The notes: a model not told the origin generated them from the sequence alone. Positions 1-8,803 are shown, counted from the first letter of the stretch. The stretch: 32,000 nucleotides of DNA from Erysipelotrichaceae bacterium (GCA_028698185.1 JAQVDW010000001.1:1-32000), one strand, 5' to 3'. Numbers and translations: made by a program.

Positions 1-95
1 GGCATGATGGACACACCTGTTCCCATCCCGAACACAGAAGTTAAGCATCATAACGGCGAAGATAGTGCAATGTGCGACAATAGCAAGCTGCCAGT
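1..95 (+). rRNA. rrf: 5S rRNA, 3' portion (the 5' end lies upstream of the window)
   Basis: Conserved 5S core CCTGTTCCCATCCCGAACACAGAAGTTAAGC is present. The segment ends with GCTGCCAG, the closing-helix strand. There is no ORF, and a hairpin plus T-run follows immediately. Confidence 0.85.
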
Positions 96-102
96 TTGAC
101 AC

Positions 103-127
103 GAAGGACGGAAGTCCTTCTTTTTTT
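103..127 (+). terminator. Rho-independent terminator of the rRNA operon
   Basis: Stem GAAGGAC / GTCCTTC (103-109 / 114-120), loop GGAA, then a T-run at 121-127. Confidence 0.7.
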
Positions 128-179
128 ATACACTTTGTATTACAACCATCCATATTATAAGCAAATATTGTCTAAAAGC

Positions 180-208
180 TTTAAATTTATGCGTTTTTAT
201 AATATAAT
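180..208 (+). promoter_or_regulatory. Candidate sigma-A promoter for the glycosyltransferase operon
   Basis: TTTAAA (180-185), 17-nt spacer, TATAAT (203-208). A second overlapping TATAAT lies at 198-203. The -35 element is weak. Confidence 0.35.
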
Positions 209-224
209 TAGGTAAGGTGATTAG

Positions 225-1232
225 ATGAAAATAAAATTATATGTAGGTAACGAAAACACTGTAAAGTTATCAGGAATTGGTAAAGCTTTCTACCATCAAC
301 AAAAAGCATTGGAATTGAACAATATCGAATATACGACATACAACAAAGATAAGGATTTTGACCTGGTTCACATAAACACGCCGTTTATCAACAGCTATTT
401 CGAAGCTAAAAGGGCAAAACGTCTCGGGAAAAAAGTCATCATGCATGCGCATTCGACTGAAGAGGATTTCAAGAATTCGTTTATATTTTCTAATATGCTG
501 GCGCCTCTTTACAAGAAGTGGCTGATTAAATTGTATAATCAGGGAGATCATATAATTACGCCGACGCCTTATTCAAAGAAGTTATTGGAATCATATGGAA
601 TTGATATCCCGATTACTCCTATTTCTAACGGGATTGATCTTGGCCGATTTAAAAACTCAAGGGAAAATGAATATCAATTTGTGGAAAAGTTTAAGATAAG
701 TCCGGAAGACAAGTTAGTCATTTCTGTTGGCTGGGTCTTTGAACGGAAGGGATTTGACACCTTTGTCGAGGTTGCAAGTAATTTCCCTGACGTCAAGTTC
801 ATCTGGTTCGGTGATGTTGAAAAGTCAGCTCCAACCGGAAATATTTTAAAGATTCTAAAAAATCTTCCTGACAATGTCTTGATGGCGGGATATGTAGACT
901 CATTAACACTTATTGGTGCCTATTCTAGATGTGACGTATTCTTTTTCCCTTCTAGAGAAGAGACGGAGGGTATCGTAGTGCTGGAAGCATTGGCTTGTAG
1001 ATGTAAGAACGTCCTGCTCCGGGATATTCCGGTTTTTGATGGCTGGATGAAAGGTGGCGTCAATTGCCATATGGGCAATGATTCAAATGACTTCATTTCC
1101 CTTATCAATGACATTGTATACAATGAATCTAATAGTTTGGCTAATGCCGGTTATGAAGTAGCTTCTCAGCGGAATATTAAAGAGGTTGGTAAACAATTAA
1201 TAGCTGTCTATCATGAAACTTTAAACAGGTAA
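225..1232 (+). CDS. GT4-family glycosyltransferase (GT-B fold); candidate membrane glycolipid synthase
   Basis: 335-aa ORF with SD AAGGTGA upstream. The C-terminal half carries an E-x7-E motif (EETEGIVVLE) typical of retaining GT4 enzymes. The size and layout resemble CpoA/LafB-type diacylglycerol glycosyltransferases. Confidence 0.8.
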   Translation: MKIKLYVGNENTVKLSGIGKAFYHQQKALELNNIEYTTYNKDKDFDLVHINTPFINSYFEAKRAKRLGKKVIMHAHSTEEDFKNSFIFSNMLAPLYKKWLIKLYNQGDHIITPTPYSKKLLESYGIDIPITPISNGIDLGRFKNSRENEYQFVEKFKISPEDKLVISVGWVFERKGFDTFVEVASNFPDVKFIWFGDVEKSAPTGNILKILKNLPDNVLMAGYVDSLTLIGAYSRCDVFFFPSREETEGIVVLEALACRCKNVLLRDIPVFDGWMKGGVNCHMGNDSNDFISLINDIVYNESNSLANAGYEVASQRNIKEVGKQLIAVYHETLNR

Positions 1233-1236
1233 TCTT

Positions 1237-2253
1237 ATGAATAATCGGAAAACTATTTTTAGAAACTTATTGCTTGTCCTGCTTGTTTCCGGTGGTTCCA
1301 TTTATCTTCTTTTTAAGGATAATCTGGGGGATTCATTGCGGGCCCTTAAAAATGCGAATCTGTTTTTCGTATTGATCAGCTTTTTTGTCATGTTTTGTTA
1401 TTTCCTGGTCGATGCGATGATTTTGACGAAATTTTCGAAACTGTATAACAAGAATTATAAATATTCCCAAGGCCTTAGAAATTCGCTTTCAGCTGCTTTT
1501 TTCAATGGGGTGACTCCTTTTAGCAGTGGTGGCCAGTTTGCTCAAGTATACGTATTTAACAAGCAAAAAATCAAGCCTTGTGAATCTTCGAGCATTTTGC
1601 TGATGGGGTTTATTGTCTATCAGACTGTTCTGGTGGCATTTTCGATTGTGGTAATTGCTTTTCGTTTTAAAGCTTACCGGGCGCTTTATTCTGATGTCTT
1701 CTTGCTTACCTTGGTAGGTTTCCTTGTCAACTTTTTCGTTATCGTGGGACTGTATTTGGGTGCAAGCTCATCAAAATTTCAAAAGTTTATTTCCAATGTG
1801 GTCATTAGACTTTTAGCGAAGGTAAAAATAGTTAAAAATTTTCACGACACTAAAATCAGGTTCGAAGTTCAGCTGAACAACTTTAGAACAGAGGTCAAAC
1901 ACCTTAAAAAGAACAAGAGATTGTTGATTGTTGCATCGATAGGGAATGTCTTGAAGCTGGTGTTCATTTATTCTATTCCTTTTTTTGCTGGATTGGCTTT
2001 GAACGTGCCTTTGGGCTTTAGTCAGCTTTTTGAATTTATCGGTATTTCATCATTTATCTACATGGTTACAGCGTTTGTTCCCGTCCCTGGAGCCAGCGGC
2101 GGGTCCGAGGGAATCTACTTTATTCTTTTTTCGCCACTGCTAGGCGGGGTGTTAACACCAACAACCATGTTGTTATGGAGGATTATCACATATTATTTAG
2201 GATTAATTTTTGGAGGTCTGGTCTTTGCGATAGATCGCGAAATTAATGGTTAG
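1237..2253 (+). CDS. UPF0104 / LPG-synthase-TM (MprF flippase-domain-like) polytopic membrane protein
   Basis: 338-aa ORF starting 5 nt after the upstream stop. It has multiple hydrophobic helices, and the motif NGVTPFSSGGQFAQ matches the conserved 'tP..sGGe..q' signature of the lysyl-PG synthase TM / YbhN family. Confidence 0.7.
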   Translation: MNNRKTIFRNLLLVLLVSGGSIYLLFKDNLGDSLRALKNANLFFVLISFFVMFCYFLVDAMILTKFSKLYNKNYKYSQGLRNSLSAAFFNGVTPFSSGGQFAQVYVFNKQKIKPCESSSILLMGFIVYQTVLVAFSIVVIAFRFKAYRALYSDVFLLTLVGFLVNFFVIVGLYLGASSSKFQKFISNVVIRLLAKVKIVKNFHDTKIRFEVQLNNFRTEVKHLKKNKRLLIVASIGNVLKLVFIYSIPFFAGLALNVPLGFSQLFEFIGISSFIYMVTAFVPVPGASGGSEGIYFILFSPLLGGVLTPTTMLLWRIITYYLGLIFGGLVFAIDREING

Positions 2254-4249
2254 GAGAGTTAGTTTGAGAGTAGCATTATTTTCTGATACATATTTGCCGG
2301 ATCTAAATGGGGTTGCAACAAGCACTAAGACTTTGCATGATGCATTGGTTCGCAACAACCATGAGGTCATTGTCATTACCAGCGAGTTGCCAAGTGATAG
2401 CGACTACCAGGATGATTTCAAGGACAACATTGTCAGGGTCCCTGGTCTGGAAATGTCATTGTTATATGGCTATCGGGCATGTAATATATTCTCGTATTCG
2501 GGAATGCGGGAAATCAGGGATTTCCAGCCGGACATTGTTCACGTTCAAACCGAGTTTGGACTAGGAATATTTGGCCGGCTTGTTGCACAAGAACTTGATT
2601 TGCCCGTTGTTTATACCTACCATACTATGTACATTGACTATTCCCATTATGTCAACCCGATCAATAACGAAGTGCTTGATGAGTTTTTAAAGAACATAAT
2701 CTCAAGATTGTCAAATCTTTATGCCAATAAATGTTCCCAATTGATTGTGCCTTCAAAGAAGACAGCAGATTCATTGAAAAGATACGGTTTGAAGAGGGAA
2801 CCTCGAATTGTGCCGACCGGATTGGAGCTGGAACGTTTCAACCCGAAGAATCGAAATGTCGAGTTGGAGAATGGTCTGATAGAAAAATACAATCTTAAAG
2901 ACAAGTTCGTCATGGTTTTTTTGGGACGTTTAGCCAAGGAAAAATCAATCGAATCCATACTGGATATGGTAGTCAAACTCAAAAACGTGCGAAATGATTT
3001 TGCCCTTCTAATTGTTGGTGGCGGAAATTATCTGACCGACCTTAAGGATATGGTTGAAAAGGAACATATTTCCGAGCATGTTATTTTCACCGGACCCCAA
3101 TTTGGCGAGCTGGTTCCAGCCCACTATCATATTAGTGATGTATTCATATCGGCATCGCTTTCCGAAACCCAGGGCCTGACGTATATCGAAGCCATGGCGA
3201 GTGGTATACCCGCTTTGGCCCGATATGACGAGAATCTTGAAGGGGTAATCAAGGATGGGATCAATGGCTATTTCTTCCATGAGACTGATGAACTTCTAAA
3301 AATTGTATTGCGGTTGATGGATAGCAACATCGAGACCTTGAAGTCATCTGCTCTGGAAGACAGCGCCCGTTTTTCTTCACAAAAATTTTACGAAGACATT
3401 ATTGCGGTGTATAATGAAGCAGTTGTCTCGAAGCGATACAATTATGAAATCGTAGCCATCAATTCATCTAAACAAAACTATTTTGATGTTGATTTCAAGG
3501 TCGACCAGACGGTCATTACCCTGGAATTGGCAGCTAAGTTTATTGATGAGTACGACATTTCAGTCGGCAAGGTGATCAATCGGGAACTGTTCAATGCTCT
3601 TAAGAACCTCGAGCAGATCACAATTGCCTATAACAAGGCGCTTAAATGGCTGGCTTTCAAGGATTATCCGGAAGCTCAAATCAGGGAGAAATTGGATGAT
3701 GCCGGTTTTTTTACTGACGAACAGATCGACACAACAATCAATTTCCTGAAAGAACGGGACCTTGTCAACGATGAACGCTACGCGTGCGATTATATTGAAA
3801 CCTGCACGAGAAAGTCAATCGGTATCAACAGGGCAATATACAGCCTTAGAAAAAGCAAAGTCCGGCTTGATGCGATAGATTTCGCGATTGAGAATCTAGA
3901 CCAGCAAAACCAGATTGAGAGTGCGAAAAGCATGATTGAAGATATTTATGCCACCGACTCGACAAAATCATACCGCTCTCTGGTGAACGCAATCCGAAAC
4001 CGTCTGTTCAACCGTGGGTTCACCCCTGAGACAATTGATATTGCGATGGGGTCCATCAATTTGCGATTCGATATCGTAAAAGAAAAAGAGACCTTGGAAA
4101 AAGAATTAGTGAAATGTCAAAGAAAATATCAGCGAAAATACCAAGGAGATGAATTAATCCAACGCTGTATCGATGGCCTGTTAAAAAAAGGTTATCGGTA
4201 CGAGGACATTAAAGAAATAGTAGAAAGAGGAGAAGTATTTGATGATTAA
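2246..4249 (+). CDS. recX: Fusion protein: N-terminal GT4 glycosyltransferase (~aa 1-395) joined to a C-terminal full-length RecX (~aa 398-667)
   Basis: A single uninterrupted 667-aa ORF. The N-terminus RVALFSDTYLPDLNGVATS and the E-x7-E motif (ETQGLTYIE) indicate GT4. The C-terminal 270 aa is collinear with Firmicute RecX (I compared it with B. subtilis YfhG from memory), including the three-helix repeats (...YNKALKWLAFKDYPEAQIREKL..., ...ERYACDYIE...). The real start may be TTG 2264, preceded by AGGAGAG at 2252-2258, rather than ATG 2246. Confidence 0.85.
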   Translation: MVRRVSLRVALFSDTYLPDLNGVATSTKTLHDALVRNNHEVIVITSELPSDSDYQDDFKDNIVRVPGLEMSLLYGYRACNIFSYSGMREIRDFQPDIVHVQTEFGLGIFGRLVAQELDLPVVYTYHTMYIDYSHYVNPINNEVLDEFLKNIISRLSNLYANKCSQLIVPSKKTADSLKRYGLKREPRIVPTGLELERFNPKNRNVELENGLIEKYNLKDKFVMVFLGRLAKEKSIESILDMVVKLKNVRNDFALLIVGGGNYLTDLKDMVEKEHISEHVIFTGPQFGELVPAHYHISDVFISASLSETQGLTYIEAMASGIPALARYDENLEGVIKDGINGYFFHETDELLKIVLRLMDSNIETLKSSALEDSARFSSQKFYEDIIAVYNEAVVSKRYNYEIVAINSSKQNYFDVDFKVDQTVITLELAAKFIDEYDISVGKVINRELFNALKNLEQITIAYNKALKWLAFKDYPEAQIREKLDDAGFFTDEQIDTTINFLKERDLVNDERYACDYIETCTRKSIGINRAIYSLRKSKVRLDAIDFAIENLDQQNQIESAKSMIEDIYATDSTKSYRSLVNAIRNRLFNRGFTPETIDIAMGSINLRFDIVKEKETLEKELVKCQRKYQRKYQGDELIQRCIDGLLKKGYRYEDIKEIVERGEVFDD

Positions 4250-5183
4250 TATAAAAGACTTGAAAGCAGGAGATGCCAATGTGACGTTTACCTGTCTGAT
4301 AAACAGAGCGATTGTCGGTAAGACAAGTGGAGCTAATCGGACAAACTACATCACTTTGACCTTGCAGGATGCCACCGGGACATTGGATGCCAAATTGTGG
4401 TCGGCAACAGACGAACAGATTGCCACATTCGTTGGCGGTGCGGTAGTTCGGGTGACGGGAGATGTGATCAAGTACAATCTGGATCGGCAGATGAAAGTAG
4501 CCAAGATTGCCTTCGTATCGGATGACGAGAATGAAGCGATCAAGTATGTCGAATCCGCTCCGATAAGTAGCGATATCCTGATCCAAGAGGTAGAAAAGTA
4601 CATCGGCAATATCAAGAACAATAATATTTTCTTGATCACTTCAAAGTTGTTCAATGATAATATTGATAAGCTGAAAATATACCCTGCAGCAAGCAAGAAT
4701 CATCATGAATTTGTTTCCGGATTGATTTATCATACAGCTACTATGTTGGAAATAGCAAAATCGTTGATTGCCATTTATCCGCAGCTTAATAGTGATTTGC
4801 TTTATGCGGGAATTGTGCTCCATGATCTGGGTAAGATAATTGAATTATCCGGACCAATTGTCCCTGAATACACTGCCGAGGGACGTCTTGTAGGGCATAT
4901 ATCGATTACAAATTGCATGATCAAATCAAAGGCCGAAGAACTTGGTATCGAGGGCGAAGAGGTTTATCTTCTGCAGCATATTATCCTTTCACACCACGGC
5001 AAACAGGAATTCGGATCTCCTGTTCTGCCACAGTTAAAAGAGGCTGAGATAATCTCGCTAATCGACAATATCGATGCTAGAATGATTATGATGGATAAGG
5101 CCCTGGATGTAGTTGAGCCTGGGGAATTCACAAAACGGATTTTTTCTCTTGAGAATCGCAGTTTCTACAAACCGAAAATTTAA
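4242..5183 (+). CDS. yhaM: 3'-5' exoribonuclease YhaM (OB-fold plus HD domain; Cbf1 family)
   Basis: N-terminal OB-fold segment (YITLTLQDATGTLDAKLW) and HD-domain motifs (HHEFVSGLIYHT, LHDLGK, SHHG). ATG 4242 overlaps the upstream stop by 8 nt, and the SD AGAGGAG sits inside the recX 3' end. Confidence 0.85.
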   Translation: MINIKDLKAGDANVTFTCLINRAIVGKTSGANRTNYITLTLQDATGTLDAKLWSATDEQIATFVGGAVVRVTGDVIKYNLDRQMKVAKIAFVSDDENEAIKYVESAPISSDILIQEVEKYIGNIKNNNIFLITSKLFNDNIDKLKIYPAASKNHHEFVSGLIYHTATMLEIAKSLIAIYPQLNSDLLYAGIVLHDLGKIIELSGPIVPEYTAEGRLVGHISITNCMIKSKAEELGIEGEEVYLLQHIILSHHGKQEFGSPVLPQLKEAEIISLIDNIDARMIMMDKALDVVEPGEFTKRIFSLENRSFYKPKI

Positions 5184-5194
5184 AATTTCCAAAT

Positions 5195-5229
5195 AAAAAA
5201 GCGGCTACCTGTTGGGGGCCGCTTTTTAT
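5195..5229. terminator. Bidirectional intrinsic terminator between convergent yhaM and hit
   Basis: AAAAAAGCGGC...GCCGCTTTTT hairpin flanked by an A-run and a T-run. Confidence 0.6.
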
Positions 5230-5270
5230 ATCTTCAGACTTGAATGATCTAAGAGGATATCTTAAACATC

Positions 5271-5675
5271 TTATTCTTTAATTATCTTAAATACTTCATC
5301 GAGATTGCATATCTGGGAATTGTCAGTGAAATTAATTTCGAAAGTGTCATTTTCATCAAAACGCGGAATTACGTGAAGATGAAAGTGTTCAATCGTCTGA
5401 CCGGCGATGATACCGGAGTTGGTGATAATGTTGACGCCATTGGCATTGAGCTTGGTCTTCAACATGTTCGCCATGTTCTGTGCCACTTTGAATGATTTGG
5501 CAAGGTTGTCCTGGTCGATTTCCAAAACTGATTTTGCATGCGCCTTGGGGATGACGAGGGTATGTCCCTTTGTTGTCTGAGACAAGTCTAAAAATGCAAT
5601 GCAATCATTATCTTCATATAGGATTTTTCCTGGAATCTCATGGTTGGCTATTTTACAAAAGATACAGTTGCTCAT
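5271..5675 (-). CDS. hit: HIT-family (histidine triad) nucleotide hydrolase
   Basis: 134-aa ORF with the histidine triad HFHLHVIPR and a typical N-terminus CIFCKI. Confidence 0.9.
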   Translation of the reverse strand: MSNCIFCKIANHEIPGKILYEDNDCIAFLDLSQTTKGHTLVIPKAHAKSVLEIDQDNLAKSFKVAQNMANMLKTKLNANGVNIITNSGIIAGQTIEHFHLHVIPRFDENDTFEINFTDNSQICNLDEVFKIIKE

Positions 5676-5696
5676 ACTTCTCTCCTATCATTGTTC

Positions 5697-6542
5697 TTAT
5701 TCGGTCGCGTATGTCGCGTCAATTGCTTGTTTGATCAGAGGTTCGTTCACTGTGAAGTCATATTTGTCCAAATAGTATTTTTCGCATTCAGCTGAGATAC
5801 CATCTGTGCTCATCAAAGTCGAAATTACTTCTGATTTCGAATCATCATCGAGTTCGGTATTGTAAATATAGACTACGACGAATTTGCCATCAGTTGTGCT
5901 GATTACCTCTTGATATATTCCGTCTTGGGTGAAACTATCAAGTTCACCAATTATATTGGTGTCGAGGTCGGTGTTGTCACTGGTTACTATCCCGACATCG
6001 ATCCCATCATTTTCAATCATAGCAGTATCGAAATCTTCGTTCGTGGTAGAGCTGATAAAATCGGTGGCTTCGATTTCGGTGTTGAATGAGACTGTTTTTA
6101 GATATTTGATTTTATATTCATCTTTTAGAGTAGCTACATTATCGTTCACATATTTTTCAATAAGCAGCTGTTGCAAAACTGAAGGCAAAAGGGCTTCTTG
6201 GGTGTACTGGTCGCCTGATTCATAACCAAGAGATACTGCGTAACTGTTCAAATCGACTCCTGCATAGGTAGTGTATGTGTCGATTGTCTCTTGCAATTTT
6301 GCATCAATAGCTTCCTGATCAGTGATTTCAATTTCTGCGATGTGAGTCAGGGCGAAATCGAGAACCTGAGAGCTGCCGTAGCTTTCCAAATAATATCTGT
6401 AGATGTCATTTGTCGTTATTGTCGTGCCATCGATCTCCACCAAAGCCGTTGTTCCGTCGGTAACTGATGAAAGATAGGTCTGGTTTGAACCGCATCCGCT
6501 AAGAATTGTGGCGACCAATGCCAATGGAATTAACTTTTTCAT
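5697..6542 (-). CDS. PrsA-like lipoprotein with a strongly degenerate parvulin-like domain
   Basis: Signal peptide plus lipobox (LSGC). The protein is acidic and Thr/Asp-rich. The C-terminal half shows only a ghost of a parvulin layout. Its start overlaps the upstream stop by 1 nt (TAATG). Confidence 0.55.
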   Translation of the reverse strand: MKKLIPLALVATILSGCGSNQTYLSSVTDGTTALVEIDGTTITTNDIYRYYLESYGSSQVLDFALTHIAEIEITDQEAIDAKLQETIDTYTTYAGVDLNSYAVSLGYESGDQYTQEALLPSVLQQLLIEKYVNDNVATLKDEYKIKYLKTVSFNTEIEATDFISSTTNEDFDTAMIENDGIDVGIVTSDNTDLDTNIIGELDSFTQDGIYQEVISTTDGKFVVVYIYNTELDDDSKSEVISTLMSTDGISAECEKYYLDKYDFTVNEPLIKQAIDATYATE

Positions 6543-7519
6543 TAGTTGTCACCTCTTTCTTGAGCTCTGGTTTCCAAGGCGTCTGCAACAAGCTCTTGGA
6601 TTATCGATTTAGTGTCGTCATCCTTGTATGTTATTTCATATGTGTTGAATGCCAAATATTCCATATAGCTATCATATGTCAACAGGGGCGAATCTATTCC
6701 AAGGTCTTGAACTTCTGTCCTGATTGTCTCACTATCGGTGCTGTCACATTTGAATATCGAGACAACAGTGCTGTTGGCGAGCCAGCTACTAGTTGCTCCG
6801 GCCTTCAAACCGAGAACCTCATCAGTTGCCCCGTCACCGTATGTCGTATCCAGGTCGGAATTCGAATCCACAACACCCAGACTTCCGCTGGCAGATGCAG
6901 TTGAATCACTTGAATATTCTGCTGCTATGGTCGCAAAATCGTCTCCGGCTGCAATTTTTGCATCGATGGCATCAATAATCGCCTTTTCATCATCAGTCAA
7001 ACTGTCCGCATTTTCTACGGTAACTGAAATGACACTCGCGGTTCTTGGGTTGGTTACGCTGATATAATCGGCCAGGACTGCATCAAAATTACTGTCGATA
7101 TAGCTTTGTAGAAATGCGATATATTGATATTGGCTGATCAAAGACTCTTCATATTCGTCCATTGATTCATAGCCGTAATATGCAAGGGCCTGATTCAAAT
7201 AATCTTCAGCCGATTCACCATAACTGGACTCATAGCTTGATTCAATAGATTCACGAGTTATCTTTGCATCATTTTTCATATCATCGGTTATTGGAAAATA
7301 TTTATCAACTATTGCTTTTATGACAACTGCATAGTAAGCATTTTTTCCATTTGTGGTGTTTTTGATATTGTTAAAAATGTCATCCGCTAGAATATTATAG
7401 TCTGTAAGTGAAGCAACCACGTCCTGGTTGTCCACTTTGGGAATAGAACCGCTGGATTGGCAACCGGTCAAAATTATTCCACTTACTAAAAACGGTAATG
7501 TGATTTTTTTGAAATTCAT
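6542..7519 (-). CDS. prsA: PrsA-like foldase lipoprotein (SurA_N/PrsA N-domain plus parvulin-like domain lacking the conserved His)
   Basis: Lipobox LTGC. The segment GDDFATIAAEYSSDSTASASGSLGVV parallels the PrsA parvulin motif 'dF..lAkeyS.D..S...GG.LG.f'. The upstream 'SHILV'-type strand reads SVISV. SD GGAGGAAAAT precedes the ATG. Confidence 0.65.
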   Translation of the reverse strand: MNFKKITLPFLVSGIILTGCQSSGSIPKVDNQDVVASLTDYNILADDIFNNIKNTTNGKNAYYAVVIKAIVDKYFPITDDMKNDAKITRESIESSYESSYGESAEDYLNQALAYYGYESMDEYEESLISQYQYIAFLQSYIDSNFDAVLADYISVTNPRTASVISVTVENADSLTDDEKAIIDAIDAKIAAGDDFATIAAEYSSDSTASASGSLGVVDSNSDLDTTYGDGATDEVLGLKAGATSSWLANSTVVSIFKCDSTDSETIRTEVQDLGIDSPLLTYDSYMEYLAFNTYEITYKDDDTKSIIQELVADALETRAQERGDN

Positions 7520-7544
7520 ATTTTCCTCCTTGTGTAACGTTATG

Positions 7545-7573
7545 ATTATACTATTTATGCCAGCTCATTTCAA
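7545..7573 (-). promoter_or_regulatory. Sigma-A promoter of the prsA-like/prsA-like/hit operon
   Basis: On the minus strand: TTGAAA, 17-nt spacer, TATAAT. It lies about 25 nt upstream of the SD and ATG at 7519. Confidence 0.6.
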
Positions 7574-7578
7574 TTATT

Positions 7579-8655
7579 TTAGGCTGAGCTTTTTTGTGAT
7601 TTTGTGGTATAAATATCGTGAATTGTCTTGATCGCTACCAAAACAGGAATGGATATCAATATTCCTAAAGGACCAATCAGGGTGTTTCCGGTCAATATCG
7701 CAAAGAGGATTTCGAATATCCCCAAATTGATTCTCTTTGAATATATTTTTGGAACCACAACATATCCGAAAATATTGGACTGGATAAGTATCAGGAATAG
7801 AAGTATTACTACCTTCACTATTCCCAAATTCAAGGACAGTATCAGCCCAAGAATGTTTATGAATACCGGACCAAAATACGGGATGATTGATGTCAGGCCA
7901 GAGAGAATACCCAATATGATGAAATTTTCATTGCCAATCATAAGATACATTATTGCGGTCACCAATCCCTGATACAATGCGGTGATGAAAAAGGCAATCA
8001 GCCATTTATGCAGGGATTCATTAATAGCCAAAACATAGCGCGGCATCTTCCTGTCAATAAAAAAAGAAACTCGGTACATATACAGTTTTACTTTCTTGTA
8101 GTATATCGAGACATAGATTCCGATAATGAAATAAATTATGAAGCCAAGGATAACAGATATTACCTGATTGAATATGCCGATTGTTGTATTTATTACCACA
8201 TCGTTTGTCAATATTTTAGAAATGTCGTTTTGGATTTGTGAAATTATCGATGATATATCCAGGTGCAGATATTTCAAAATCAAATCCTGAACCTGCATCA
8301 ATCCGGAATTGAAACTTGGTAAAAGTTCGACAATATTCATATAGAATACCGGGATCGAGTAGGATATTAAAACGATGATGCCGATCAAAAGGAAAGTGTA
8401 GACTAGCGCGACGCATGCATTACGGCTCTTGAAAAACTTGTTGGCCAGACCAATCAACGGTTCGAGAATGAAGGCAATTATGCCACCAAACAAGAATGGT
8501 CTTGCAATCGCAAACAGCGTCGAGAATATCTTGTTGAAAAAGTTCAGGTTAAGCTGGATAAGCAATATTGACAAGAGGACAATAGCAACGTTTATTCCAA
8601 CCTGCATAAGGTTCTTAGACCTTAAATATTCAATCAATTTTCTAATGAATTTCAT
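7579..8655 (-). CDS. AI-2E family transporter (PerM / UPF0118 permease)
   Basis: Polytopic membrane protein with the family-typical IPYFGP motif. I chose the start at MKFIRK (ATG 8655) because GGGGTG sits 6 nt upstream; the ORF track extends 21 codons further. Confidence 0.8.
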   Translation of the reverse strand: MKFIRKLIEYLRSKNLMQVGINVAIVLLSILLIQLNLNFFNKIFSTLFAIARPFLFGGIIAFILEPLIGLANKFFKSRNACVALVYTFLLIGIIVLISYSIPVFYMNIVELLPSFNSGLMQVQDLILKYLHLDISSIISQIQNDISKILTNDVVINTTIGIFNQVISVILGFIIYFIIGIYVSIYYKKVKLYMYRVSFFIDRKMPRYVLAINESLHKWLIAFFITALYQGLVTAIMYLMIGNENFIILGILSGLTSIIPYFGPVFINILGLILSLNLGIVKVVILLFLILIQSNIFGYVVVPKIYSKRINLGIFEILFAILTGNTLIGPLGILISIPVLVAIKTIHDIYTTKSQKSSA

Positions 8656-8674
8656 ATGATCACCCCATATGTAC

Positions 8675-8683
8675 ATTATAACA
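8675..8683 (-). promoter_or_regulatory. Extended -10 element (TGtTATAAT) upstream of the AI-2E permease gene
   Basis: The minus strand reads TGTTATAAT about 20 nt upstream of the ATG at 8655. There is no good -35 element. Confidence 0.4.
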
Positions 8684-8803
8684 CGATTGTGATAAATCAG
8701 GCCAATACTATTTAACAAGGGACTATTTATGTTTACATGTTATCATTTTTTCATAAACGGGCTTGTGAAAATCTTTTATTATCTATGGTTATTATCACTT
8801 TAG

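Noticed and set aside
1112-1125. The perfect palindrome CATTGTATACAATG inside the first GT4 gene might be an independent regulatory site.
   Set aside because: It lies deep inside a coding region (codons for DIVYNE) and far from any promoter. I mention it only as a second copy of the citrate-synthase-promoter motif, and on its own it may be coincidental.
4117-4143. An imperfect 12-nt tandem duplication (CAAAGAAAATAT / CAGCGAAAATAC) encodes QRKYQRKY in the RecX C-terminus.
   Set aside because: It is a single two-copy in-frame duplication in a Lys/Arg-rich helix, most simply a slippage event. There is no evidence of function.
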